A stretch of DNA of 44,090 bases from a virus (Duplodnaviria; Heunggongvirae; Uroviricota; Caudoviricetes). Positions 26,159 through 34,887 of this stretch are shown here, one piece after another. Each line of letters begins with the position of its first letter. Positions within the stretch are counted from its first letter, which is position 1. Under the pieces are notes generated by a model. That model was not told the origin of the DNA. It did not search any database and saw nothing but the letters and a program-made list of their open reading frames with translations. Made by a program: the position numbers and the translations under genes. Location: IMG/VR virus record IMGVR_UViG_3300045988_048025; one strand, 5' to 3'.

Positions 26159-27585
26159 TTCTTACCTCGTCTCTTCATGTAATTAAGCAATTCTTCCTGT
26201 ACAGATTTCTTCTCGTCGGTGCGCGCGGCAACAACCTCGTCCAGCGTGTCTTTAGCAACGATGTGATAGAGGAATACCGGGCGCTCGTGGCCTGCCTGCT
26301 TCTGGCGTACCGGGCCTATGCGCTCGACAACCTGCAAATAGTGCTCGAGGTTCCAGCCTTGCGAAATAAACGCCAGATGATGTCCGCCGTCCTGTAAATT
26401 CAAACCATGACCAGCGGACGCTGGGTGGACGCATAAGATTTCGATTTCGCCACGGTTCCACGCCTCCATCTGTTTATTACCCTTAGCACCTTTTGCAAAC
26501 GCCTGCGCCTGCGGGAATCGCTTAAGGATGCGCTCCAGTTCGTGCTTGAACTGATAGGCTACCAGTAGCGGCGCACCCTGTAACTCCTCAACAATGGACT
26601 CCAGCGCATCCAGTTTCGTGTCGTGCACTTTCTCCCAGTCTTTCGTTGCTTCGCCGTCCGGGCCCGATACATACACGGCACCAGAGGCAATCTGCAAACA
26701 CTTCGACGTCTTCGCCGCAGCGTTAGCCGCTTCAACTTCTCCGCTCTCCAGTTCCGCGAATAACTTCTCCTCCATATCTATGTACGCCTGACGCGCTTTC
26801 TTAGGCAGGTCGATTTCAACCGGCACGATAATTGGTGCTTCACATCCAAACCACTCAGCAGGGTCGATGGTAAGGCTGATGTCTTTCATCTTCTGATGAA
26901 TCTCATTATCTGCACCCGGGCGCGCGTGATATTCACGCGCCATCGCCGACTTACCTTTCTGTACCGAGTTAAACCAGCGGTCTGTGAATGCTGTGTACGA
27001 TGAGCCGAGTCGCTCGCCAGCGTCGATAAACCAGTTCTGACCCCACAAGTCTTTGAGTCCGTTTGGCGACGGTGTGCCAGTCAGGTTGATGAAACGTTTA
27101 ACCTTTCCAAATGCCACTTTACTAAGCGCCTTTGCTCGCTTGCTTCCGCCAGAACGGCTACGGAATGATTTAAGCTTCGTGCTTTCATCGGCAACGATAA
27201 CCGTAAAAGGCCAGTCGTCTTTGCCGTAGTAGTCGATAAGCCACTCGATAACTTCGTAGTTAGTGCACACCACGTTAGCATCAGACTCCAGCGCCGCGAT
27301 GCGGCGCTTCTCTGAACCCGTAGCGTCGACAACACGCAGACAAGGGAAGTTCCATTTCTCTTGTTCAGCAGGCCACGTGCCTGACGCAACTCGCAATGGG
27401 GCGAGGATTAACACGCGGTCCTCTTCTGTAAGTTGCCCGTTGCGAAACAGGCGGTTTAGCACCCACATAGTGGAGGAGGTTTTACCCCCTCCCATGCCGC
27501 ACCAGATATTACAGCGCGGGTGTTGCAGCATGAACGAAGTCATGAGCTTCTGGTACTCTCGACGGATAAATTTAGACATACTCAA
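26155..27585 (-). CDS. SF2 ATP-dependent helicase (SNF2/DEAD-like)
   Basis: Walker A GMGGGKT, Walker B VADEST, C-terminal helicase-type motif region (GHGLNLQ). Start may be ATG 27579 rather than TTG 27585. Confidence 0.7.
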   Translation of the reverse strand: MSMSKFIRREYQKLMTSFMLQHPRCNIWCGMGGGKTSSTMWVLNRLFRNGQLTEEDRVLILAPLRVASGTWPAEQEKWNFPCLRVVDATGSEKRRIAALESDANVVCTNYEVIEWLIDYYGKDDWPFTVIVADESTKLKSFRSRSGGSKRAKALSKVAFGKVKRFINLTGTPSPNGLKDLWGQNWFIDAGERLGSSYTAFTDRWFNSVQKGKSAMAREYHARPGADNEIHQKMKDISLTIDPAEWFGCEAPIIVPVEIDLPKKARQAYIDMEEKLFAELESGEVEAANAAAKTSKCLQIASGAVYVSGPDGEATKDWEKVHDTKLDALESIVEELQGAPLLVAYQFKHELERILKRFPQAQAFAKGAKGNKQMEAWNRGEIEILCVHPASAGHGLNLQDGGHHLAFISQGWNLEHYLQVVERIGPVRQKQAGHERPVFLYHIVAKDTLDEVVAARTDEKKSVQEELLNYMKRRGKK

Positions 27586-27776
27586 TCCTTAACGTAGAGT
27601 ACCAGCTCTTTACGTCCGAACGCCGTAACGTTACCAGTTACATCTTCGATGACCAGTTTACCGTTTGACTCTACGAACACCGTATCAACGGCAACAGGCT
27701 GGCGAGTCTTAACGTTGAAAATCATATCGCCCGGTACGATGTCACGTGCTGGTTTGCGGTCATATTCGTGTTTCAT
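27582..27776 (-). CDS. Hypothetical protein (64 aa)
   Basis: ORF with upstream promoter motif at 27810..27838. Confidence 0.4.
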   Translation of the reverse strand: MKHEYDRKPARDIVPGDMIFNVKTRQPVAVDTVFVESNGKLVIEDVTGNVTAFGRKELVLYVKD

Positions 27777-27806
27777 TTCTCAATTCCTTATATTGTTGGT
27801 GTAGGA

Positions 27807-28091
27807 CTAACTATAATAGTTCGCTATTAGGTCGTCAACCTGTTTGAACGACCCAACGACAAAAACATTTGCGCCGCGTTTTCGGAATCTCTCGTGTTCA
27901 CGTATCTGGTGCGGGTCTGGCTTCGTATTTTCGTCTTTCTTAATCTCGACGAACCAGACGATGCCACCGGGGAGAATTACCAGGAGGTCCATGGCGGCTC
28001 GCCGGCCTTCAAATGCCATCTTGCGAACGAGGCCGCCAATGGCCTCGAATCGGTCTTTTGCGTATTTCTGAATCTTGCCTTCCGGAGTCAT
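27807..28091 (-). CDS. VRR-NUC domain nuclease (putative)
   Basis: MDLLVILPGGIVWFVEIKKDENTKPDPHQIREHERFRKRGANVFVV fits the VRR-NUC (PD-(D/E)xK) pattern. Confidence 0.55.
   Translation of the reverse strand: MTPEGKIQKYAKDRFEAIGGLVRKMAFEGRRAAMDLLVILPGGIVWFVEIKKDENTKPDPHQIREHERFRKRGANVFVVGSFKQVDDLIANYYS
27810..27838 (-). promoter_or_regulatory. Sigma70-like promoter (-35 TTGACG, 17 bp, -10 TATAGT) with operator-like motif in the spacer
   Basis: Read on the - strand: TTGACG-acctaatagcgaactat-TATAGT, then leader tagtcctACACCAACAA. Confidence 0.45.
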
Positions 28092-28443
28092 GACCGCAGA
28101 ATCCGGGTAATGAAGGCCCCGCCTAGAAGGGCAACACCGACAAACTTAAAAAACATGCTGTAACAGAACATTGCAGCTACTCCCGCACCGAGTAACAGTG
28201 CGAGCATGGTTACTATTGCCCAAAATACAAACCTTGTCATAATACGCACCCCTCTCGTTTCGTGTGCTCAATCCCGCAGCGCGGACAGATTCGGCAGTCT
28301 TCTTCGTAGAACCAGTAAATTTTCATTCCATCACCCACAGATGAATTGCTACTAACATACCCAATACGGCGGCCATCATGCCGTATTGACCCTCGTGACA
28401 GTAGACACCGGCGGCGAATCCCGCCAGCACCGCGATAATCAGT

Positions 28444-30639
28444 TTACTTAGCATAACGTTTTAACTCCGCACCTTCCGCTACAAGAGGGAAACCCTCTGC
28501 CCACTCCGGTAATTCGCACATCAACCGTTCCAGCTCTGCGACATTGTATTCTGGTAAATCTGGTGTCTCGCAGATAATTTCATCGTGAACATGAAGTACA
28601 ATCGGGTAGCCGTTGGCCTCTACGTTCAGCAGGGCGTTAGCCAGCAAATCACGGCACAGCGCCTGAGTGCAGTTTTCCACGAGTTTACCGGAATATGTGT
28701 ACTGGAAGCCCCACTGACGGGTTAACTGGTTTTCACCCTGGTACTTTATGCGCACGTTAGTAGACACCTTCCCGTCTTCGTCTGTCTCTTTTGATACACT
28801 TAAACCAACGCCCGGGTAAGACATAACGCGGCCCGACGGCAACGTCATGCGCAACCACCAGCCCGCGACTTTGTTGCCGTTGGTGTCTGTTTCTACGTTA
28901 CGCGAAAACTTAACACCCCGCGGCCCTGCGGTGAACTCTTTACCTGGGTTGCGGATAGCCGCCATAGCTGCATCTTCAATATCTCGCCAGAAAGCTACTG
29001 TTTCCGGGTGAGACTCGCGCCACATGCGCTTGATAGCGTCACAGGTACGCCACACTTTCTTATCAAGAATATATGATGGTCGGTCATCCTTTTCACCTGG
29101 ACGTGGTGGTCGCTTGGCTTCCTGAATACGCGCCCACTCATATCCACGTGCGGTAGCGGCCCAGATGTGGTCGGGGAAAGTCCCATCCATTGTTTTTGCC
29201 ATATCAACCAGGTCGAGGCCGAGGTTCTTAGCAAACTGAACGAAAGCACCTACCCCGCCCGCATAGCCAAGTCCAAGTTCGCAGGCCTTACCTATCTGGC
29301 GCAAGTCTTTGCGTTCTTTCTTAATGTAATCCGGCTCCATGCCGAACATCTTACCTGCGGTTACGCAGTAAATATCCAGCCCGGCACGGAATGTATCGAG
29401 CGCGGTTTCTTCGCCAGCCAGCCACGCCAAACCACGGCCTTCAACGTTAGAGTAATCAGCTACGACAAACTTATGCCCAGCTTCCGGTATGATGCAGCTA
29501 CGAACCGTCGATGCCGTTAGTTTGGCTACATCGAAACGACGGTGCGCACGGCCTTTAAGTAACGCAGAAATGCCTTTATCCAGCTCATCATCGTGATAGT
29601 ACCCGCGCGCCAGGTTCTGTGGCTGGAAGCCTTTGCCAGCAAACCGTAGCGTACGCTTGGCCCCGCCGTACTGAATGCAACCGCGGCGGCGGTCGTCCGA
29701 CGAGCGACCCAACAGCAGCGGGTTATATTTCGTTGATGCGGTGGACGCAGCCCCGAGGCGCATTTCGATAATTGTGCGTGCGTCGTCCGGTAAGTCATCA
29801 TCCGCCAGCAGGTCGTTAAGCGTCGACTTCTGTGCGTTGTTGATGCGGTGCGCTGGCGCAAGTTCACGCAGAATAGGCAGAAAGTCCTTCCCAGTAAGAG
29901 AGCCGCCATATTTGCGCTGGGCTTCTTCCTGTAACTGTGCCTTGTGCTTCTCCACGGCTTCAATCGCGGCTTCCGACAGTGCAACGTCTACCTTAAACCC
30001 GCGGTCATTAATTAACTGGTCCAGCTCCAGTACACGGTCTTCGAACTCGGAGTTACCCCACCGCGGCAGCTTATGGAACACTTCACGCATCGCCGTGATG
30101 TCACTCACGGCATACTTGATGAACAGCGCCCACTCATCCGGGTGCGTTTCGGCGGTGTATCGGCGGATTTTGTAGTTCTTCGGCGTCGGTTTAGAAAAAC
30201 GCTGAATCAGCGCCTTGCCGCGTTTATCTTTCGCGTTGTCTGCGGACACGCCCAGCACTTCACACAACGCATCAAGTGAACCAGGTAGCGCGTGACGAAA
30301 CGCCCAAATCATCGTATCAACGGTGTTGCTTACCGGAATATCAAAGTCCCAGCAGTGCTTCATGATTAGGCGGTCGAACATTGAGCCGTTGTGCCACACC
30401 ATCTTAATGCGGCTGTTCGGCTTAACCAGACGGCGTAACGCGCGATGCAAATCGCCCGGCATGTCGCTGCCGTCGGTGCAATCCCATACCTGTACAGGCT
30501 CGTCGTCAAAAGCATAGGTACAGATGAGCACTTCTGTAGTCGGGTGTTCGGCGTAAGCGTAGGAGCCGACTTTCTTTAAATCGGCTTCGGAGAATGTTTC
30601 AAAGTCTAAGTAAAGCAATGTGTTCATAGTCTGTACCAC
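28444..30639 (-). CDS. DNA polymerase, family A, with N-terminal 3'-5' exonuclease domain
   Basis: Exo motif LYLDFETFS; polymerase motif A-like DYSNVEGR, motif B-like RQIGKACELGLGYAGG, motif C-like VLHVHDE; GTG start. Confidence 0.85.
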   Translation of the reverse strand: MVQTMNTLLYLDFETFSEADLKKVGSYAYAEHPTTEVLICTYAFDDEPVQVWDCTDGSDMPGDLHRALRRLVKPNSRIKMVWHNGSMFDRLIMKHCWDFDIPVSNTVDTMIWAFRHALPGSLDALCEVLGVSADNAKDKRGKALIQRFSKPTPKNYKIRRYTAETHPDEWALFIKYAVSDITAMREVFHKLPRWGNSEFEDRVLELDQLINDRGFKVDVALSEAAIEAVEKHKAQLQEEAQRKYGGSLTGKDFLPILRELAPAHRINNAQKSTLNDLLADDDLPDDARTIIEMRLGAASTASTKYNPLLLGRSSDDRRRGCIQYGGAKRTLRFAGKGFQPQNLARGYYHDDELDKGISALLKGRAHRRFDVAKLTASTVRSCIIPEAGHKFVVADYSNVEGRGLAWLAGEETALDTFRAGLDIYCVTAGKMFGMEPDYIKKERKDLRQIGKACELGLGYAGGVGAFVQFAKNLGLDLVDMAKTMDGTFPDHIWAATARGYEWARIQEAKRPPRPGEKDDRPSYILDKKVWRTCDAIKRMWRESHPETVAFWRDIEDAAMAAIRNPGKEFTAGPRGVKFSRNVETDTNGNKVAGWWLRMTLPSGRVMSYPGVGLSVSKETDEDGKVSTNVRIKYQGENQLTRQWGFQYTYSGKLVENCTQALCRDLLANALLNVEANGYPIVLHVHDEIICETPDLPEYNVAELERLMCELPEWAEGFPLVAEGAELKRYAK

Positions 30640-30902
30640 GTCTGATAGTCTGCTTCTGTGAGATGGTCGTCGCGTTCTGGTTTCTGGTTTTTACTGCGCT
30701 CTAGGATTTCTGCCCAAGTCCGGTTTGGGTCTGTGTCCTCTATTAAATGTTTATGCTCGTCGCATGCATAGTGTTTATACCAGTCTCGTAACTTGTAAGC
30801 AGGAGGATATTTAGTCATCCAAATTGCTCTAACTTTTTTACCTTCTGCCTTACAAAATTTGCAGTAGGTGATGCGTCTGTATCTCTTAAGTTCCGCTGCC
30901 AT
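30624..30902 (-). CDS. Small Cys/His-rich protein (putative zinc-binding)
   Basis: CKFCKAEGKK ... YACDEHKH; overlaps the DNA polymerase start. Confidence 0.4.
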   Translation of the reverse strand: MAAELKRYRRITYCKFCKAEGKKVRAIWMTKYPPAYKLRDWYKHYACDEHKHLIEDTDPNRTWAEILERSKNQKPERDDHLTEADYQTWYRL

Positions 30903-30917
30903 TATTTTCGACCCTTA

Positions 30918-30942
30918 GTAAAAAGGCCCAATGAAGGGCCTT
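30918..30942 (-). terminator. Rho-independent terminator (- strand) after the SSB-like gene
   Basis: On the - strand: aaggccc-ttcatt-gggcctt followed by TTTTT. Confidence 0.5.
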
Positions 30943-30961
30943 AGTTAAATTGATTCAGATA

Positions 30962-31588
30962 TTAGCGGCGGCGACGTTCGCGGCGCGGTGCTTCATCTTC
31001 TTCGTTGTCCTCAAGGTCATCGACGCTTGCAGCGACTTTAGAACCACCGAACGCTTTACCTTCGCCGACGTATTTAATCGCCAGCAGGTTAACCCCGAGA
31101 ACTTTATATTTCTGGCTGAACCAGATTTCAACGCTTACGTTAGCTACGCAGCCGCTGTAAACCTGTTCGCCTTCAATCTGTTCGCCGTCTACATTGAAGT
31201 CCTGCTCTACCTGAGTCTCGCCTTTTTTAGAGGTTACAATCAGCGGTTGTTTCTGTGCCTTCGCTTTGAAGTAGAAGCCTTCCGGGAAGTCTTCAAACGG
31301 ATTGTCACGCTCGGCAATGTCTTTAATCGCGCATTTATCCATGTGCTTTCCTTCGCCGTAGTTGGACTTCATCCACTTCTCTGCGGCGGCTGCGCCTAAC
31401 GCTTCTTCAACCACAGCGTAAACGGTGTCGTAGAGCGCGTCGATTTGTGCGTGGTCAGACGGCAGGATGATAGTCGCGCTGTACTGGCCTTTAGTGATTG
31501 AGCCATCATCGTTTTCACGGTCTTTTTCGCGTTCGAATACGTTAACCCATGCAGTGTTTACTTTACGCAGATTTAATTTCAGTCCCAC
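30962..31588 (-). CDS. Single-stranded DNA-binding protein-like, acidic C-terminal tail (putative)
   Basis: 208 aa with C-terminus DDLEDNEEDEAPRRERRRR; sits next to the exonuclease gene; GTG start. Confidence 0.4.
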   Translation of the reverse strand: MGLKLNLRKVNTAWVNVFEREKDRENDDGSITKGQYSATIILPSDHAQIDALYDTVYAVVEEALGAAAAEKWMKSNYGEGKHMDKCAIKDIAERDNPFEDFPEGFYFKAKAQKQPLIVTSKKGETQVEQDFNVDGEQIEGEQVYSGCVANVSVEIWFSQKYKVLGVNLLAIKYVGEGKAFGGSKVAASVDDLEDNEEDEAPRRERRRR

Positions 31589-31653
31589 AGTTCAGCCCTC
31601 ATTAAGTTTAGATTTTCAGTTTACTCCGGGAAGCTGCCCGGCCAGTGATTAGA

Positions 31654-31682
31654 ACTATAATAGCTAACTATTCAGGTGTCAA
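31654..31682 (-). promoter_or_regulatory. Consensus-like sigma70 promoter (-35 TTGACA, 17 bp, -10 TATAGT) with operator-like motif in the spacer
   Basis: Read on the - strand: TTGACA-cctgaatagttagctat-TATAGT; paralogous to 34251..34279. Confidence 0.5.
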
Positions 31683-31686
31683 CACT

Positions 31687-32973
31687 TTATTCTAAATCGT
31701 CTTCACTAACCTGATTCCACTCAGGCCGTTTATCATCTGCCGTTGCGACACATGGTGTGCCGTGGTTACGAGTTACGTGTTTCTCCAGCGCAGCCCATAG
31801 CTCTGAGCCCTTATGCTGCTTCTCAGCCTCGGTCGGGGACATTAGGACTTCTTTATGGAGCATTTCGACACCAAGCTCAAATCGAGACAGGGTGTCCATA
31901 AGCGCCTGCTTATCTTTCCACGCGCGATTTCCTGGGCGGCCCTCAACCAGCTTGTACCCCGGCACTTTCTTACCGGAATGCAACGCGGCTGCCATAGCTT
32001 TCTCAACCTTGTCGATGTGCTGGTGCAATAACGGCAACTTCTCATACTCAGCTACGAGTTGCTCCGGCGTAAGCTCCAGCGCAAAGTCGTCTTCCAGTTC
32101 TTCCGCCAGTACAGCGTTAACGGTTTTTGTACGTGCGGCGCACTGTTCAGAGAACCGACACCACTGGCAGCCATCAACCGACGGCTTGAAGTCCGACGCT
32201 TTCAGGTTCTTCTTACCACGGAAATAGGCATCAAGGGCTAACAGTGCTCGTTTCTGCGCGAACTTAGCGAACAGTTCCAGACCTTCAACCGAGATGTCCC
32301 ACTCCGACGCACCGCCAGCATACGGCTGGAAGACGACCAGACGAACCACGGTGATGTTATAACGTCTCTTGAGTCGGCGATAAACACCGAGAGCGTAAAG
32401 CATAAGCTGCTTGTTTTCTTTCGCTTCGACACGATGCCGTCCTGTTTTAAGGTCTCCAATAACGAGCATGTGCTCGTCGGTGTTAGCCAGTTCCTGTACG
32501 GCAACAAGGTCGGCGGTTCCGAACGTCTCAACGCCTTCGTAGCCCGGATGCAATACCTCAGTAAGATTGACGCGCATTTCCAGCCTGGCGTAAGTCGCTA
32601 CATCTATAATCGCTTTGCAGTAGTCGGTGTACTTGCGCACCTGCTCAATCATATCCGCCGTAATCAGTACCTCGCCTTTCATCGGACTGATTAGTGCCTT
32701 AATCTGACCTTTACCCTCATCCAGCACATAAGCACCAACTTCACGCTCTAACGGCAACGCAGTGCCTTTGATGTACTGGTTTAAGTGCATCTCCGCTATG
32801 GTGTGCATAGCCGTACCTAATACCGCGGCTTTACCAGACGTGTTAGGAATATCTTTTTCACAGGCCAGTGATGCGGCGCAGGTTAACCACTTTTTAGCGC
32901 CGGATGGTGACAATAAGGCGTGCACATCGTTATTGCCACCACGTTCTTTAAGAATCATGCTCTGCTCTCCCAC
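31687..32973 (-). CDS. PD-(D/E)xK exonuclease, Cas4/RecB-like with C-terminal Cys cluster
   Basis: DLKTG...QLMLYA nuclease motifs and C-terminal CQWCRFSEQC. Confidence 0.65.
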   Translation of the reverse strand: MGEQSMILKERGGNNDVHALLSPSGAKKWLTCAASLACEKDIPNTSGKAAVLGTAMHTIAEMHLNQYIKGTALPLEREVGAYVLDEGKGQIKALISPMKGEVLITADMIEQVRKYTDYCKAIIDVATYARLEMRVNLTEVLHPGYEGVETFGTADLVAVQELANTDEHMLVIGDLKTGRHRVEAKENKQLMLYALGVYRRLKRRYNITVVRLVVFQPYAGGASEWDISVEGLELFAKFAQKRALLALDAYFRGKKNLKASDFKPSVDGCQWCRFSEQCAARTKTVNAVLAEELEDDFALELTPEQLVAEYEKLPLLHQHIDKVEKAMAAALHSGKKVPGYKLVEGRPGNRAWKDKQALMDTLSRFELGVEMLHKEVLMSPTEAEKQHKGSELWAALEKHVTRNHGTPCVATADDKRPEWNQVSEDDLE

Positions 32974-33227
32974 TGGTCAATTAAATGTCGTGTCTTATGG
33001 TCGCAGTGCATAGCCCAGCCATACATCGACTCGAAGACGTAAAAGTCCGGTTTGGCGAAAGTCGTGCGCTTAATATGTGACACGTGGCGGCCTATGTCTT
33101 TAGGCCGTGGCACTTTGCCTAAGTACGCCATCTCTTCCATCTGGTGTGCACCGGACGGCGCGCGCAACAGCCATAGCGCCTCTGTGTTATCCCGCCTGTC
33201 TACGGCGCGGTAGAGTTGGTAAATCAT
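32955..33227 (-). CDS. Hypothetical protein
   Basis: ORF in the - strand early block. Confidence 0.4.
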   Translation of the reverse strand: MIYQLYRAVDRRDNTEALWLLRAPSGAHQMEEMAYLGKVPRPKDIGRHVSHIKRTTFAKPDFYVFESMYGWAMHCDHKTRHLIDQWESRA

Positions 33228-33427
33228 TTCTTTACCCTCGCAGAGTTAATCCACGTGAAAACATCGTCAATAGAAAAATCGCCGTCGAAAACCTTCTCAA
33301 CTTTGCTGACCTTCTTTACCGTCGTAGGGTGTTTGTTGTCTACCGCCTGAAATACGTAAACCAAATCATTTTCAGAGACAACGCTACCAGAAATCATAAG
33401 ACCACTTTTCTTAACTAAAATAGCCAT
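33224..33427 (-). CDS. Hypothetical protein
   Basis: ORF preceded by a conserved 19-nt translation-initiation region shared with the next gene. Confidence 0.4.
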   Translation of the reverse strand: MAILVKKSGLMISGSVVSENDLVYVFQAVDNKHPTTVKKVSKVEKVFDGDFSIDDVFTWINSARVKK

Positions 33428-33438
33428 AATTCTGACCC

Positions 33439-33654
33439 TCAGTAGTACGGTGCGAATTCACCTTTAACGGCGGGACGAATTGTATGTACCGCTGTTTTAT
33501 CGGTTGGGTACATGTCTGCCCAGTATTCGCCGGTGGCATAGTCAAGAGTCCCGCGCCACGCACCATTCAAAACAAAGAATTGCTGGCAACCCACATCTGA
33601 GTCACTTATTTCTACAACTATTTGTTCGTTTATTACTTTGTATACGTTACTCAT
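33439..33654 (-). CDS. Hypothetical protein
   Basis: ORF preceded by the same 19-nt translation-initiation region. Confidence 0.4.
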   Translation of the reverse strand: MSNVYKVINEQIVVEISDSDVGCQQFFVLNGAWRGTLDYATGEYWADMYPTDKTAVHTIRPAVKGEFAPYY

Positions 33655-33697
33655 AATTCCGACCCTCAGTTAAAGCGGCCCGAAGGCCGCGTGATAG

Positions 33698-34219
33698 TTA
33701 TTCTTCTTCGAAATACTTGTTCTTGATTGCCGTCAGGCGCTCCAGGTACTCGGCGAGGTCTTCGTCTTTAATCGCGGCAATCTTCATCTTCTTACCGGTG
33801 AACTCTTCCAGCAGTTCATCGGAATCATCACACGCGGCATCGCTCGGACCTTCGTTAATCGCATCGTCGATAGCCTGAATCTGGTCGCGCAGAGACTGGT
33901 AATCTACTTCTTCCTTCTCTTCTTCCGGCTCTGGCGTTGGTTCCTCTACTTTAGCTTTACGCGGCTTACGTTTCGGCTTCTCTTCTTCCGCCGGTTTAGT
34001 GTCAACGAGGTCTTCACCTTCGACCGGGATTTCTTTCGCCTTCTCGACTTCTTCAAGTGCTTTAGCCAGTTCTTTTTTAACTGTCTCTACCCCCGTTACC
34101 GCTACGTCAACAGTCAATTCACCTATAGATTTATTGGTCGGTTGTTTCGCACTATTCGCAGCAATCAGTTCATGTGCAACTACGAAACGTTCCAGTAATA
34201 CTAAGAATTTCTCTAACAT
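33698..34219 (-). CDS. Acidic hypothetical early protein
   Basis: E/K/D-rich 173-aa ORF directly downstream of the promoter at 34251..34279. Confidence 0.45.
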   Translation of the reverse strand: MLEKFLVLLERFVVAHELIAANSAKQPTNKSIGELTVDVAVTGVETVKKELAKALEEVEKAKEIPVEGEDLVDTKPAEEEKPKRKPRKAKVEEPTPEPEEEKEEVDYQSLRDQIQAIDDAINEGPSDAACDDSDELLEEFTGKKMKIAAIKDEDLAEYLERLTAIKNKYFEEE

Positions 34220-34250
34220 TTGTTTCTCTCCTCTCGTTTGGTATGGGCTA

Positions 34251-34279
34251 ACTATAATAGTGAACTATTCACATGTCAA
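34251..34279 (-). promoter_or_regulatory. Consensus-like sigma70 promoter (-35 TTGACA, 17 bp, -10 TATAGT) with operator-like motif
   Basis: Read on the - strand: TTGACA-tgtgaatagttcactat-TATAGT; a second similar element lies at 34295..34323. Confidence 0.45.
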
Positions 34280-34343
34280 TGGGCTTTTCTAAAATAATTA
34301 ATATGGTACTATTCACATATCAACTAACTAAGGAGTAATTGTC

Positions 34344-34559
34344 ATGCAACCATCTGAACTAGGCATCCGTGTAGAAAAACGCCGTAAAGAACTCGGCATC
34401 TCCCAGCGCCGTCTGGCGGTGCTGACCGGGGTTTCCCAGAGCGCAATTAACCAGCTGGCACTTGGGGTAACCCAGGACGTCCGCCCGGCAACGCTGTTTA
34501 AACTGGCGGAAGTGCTGGAGGTAGACGCCAAGTGGCTGGCGTTCGGTGAAGGGGCTTAA
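34344..34559 (+). CDS. XRE-family HTH transcriptional regulator (Cro/CI-like)
   Basis: LGISQRRLAVLTGVSQSAINQL is a classic HTH_3-type motif; RBS aaggag; divergent from 33698..34219. Confidence 0.65.
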   Translation: MQPSELGIRVEKRRKELGISQRRLAVLTGVSQSAINQLALGVTQDVRPATLFKLAEVLEVDAKWLAFGEGA

Positions 34560-34575
34560 CGCCCCTTTCTTTTTA
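34550..34575 (+). terminator. Rho-independent terminator after the XRE regulator gene
   Basis: aggggc-ttaac-gcccct followed by TTTCTTTTT. Confidence 0.6.
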
Positions 34576-34887
34576 TTGCAACTTATCAAGTTCTTCCAAG
34601 TTCTTAATTGTGTGTTGCACCTTCAGGTACTGAACCCAGGCAAGAAACCACACACTTACAGGGAAACTTACCGCAATAGCTGTGGCAATAATTGATTTGG
34701 AAAGGCGTTTTATAATCTCTGCCAGTGTCATATCTAAAATGTCTTTAAACTCCGCAAAACTCCCCGCCGTATACACACAAAAAGTCCACCAGTGGCCGCT
34801 TATCGCGGAAACACATGTCAGGTATGACGGGCGGTATCCCGCCCTCACTGCTTTAAACGGGTTATCTATAAAATCGTAGATGTTCAT
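34573..34887 (-). CDS. Hypothetical protein with C-terminal hydrophobic segment
   Basis: Start overlaps the primase-helicase stop (ATGA). Confidence 0.4.
   Translation of the reverse strand: MNIYDFIDNPFKAVRAGYRPSYLTCVSAISGHWWTFCVYTAGSFAEFKDILDMTLAEIIKRLSKSIIATAIAVSFPVSVWFLAWVQYLKVQHTIKNLEELDKLQ

Noticed and set aside
29675-30175. 166-aa + strand ORF antisense to the DNA polymerase gene
   Set aside because: Ser/Arg-rich low-complexity translation within a well-supported - strand gene.
34220-34575. Lysogeny module (repressor/Cro switch with integrase)
   Set aside because: There is only a single small XRE-family regulator and no integrase, excisionase-integrase pair or attP-like site anywhere in the window; the phage is most likely strictly lytic.
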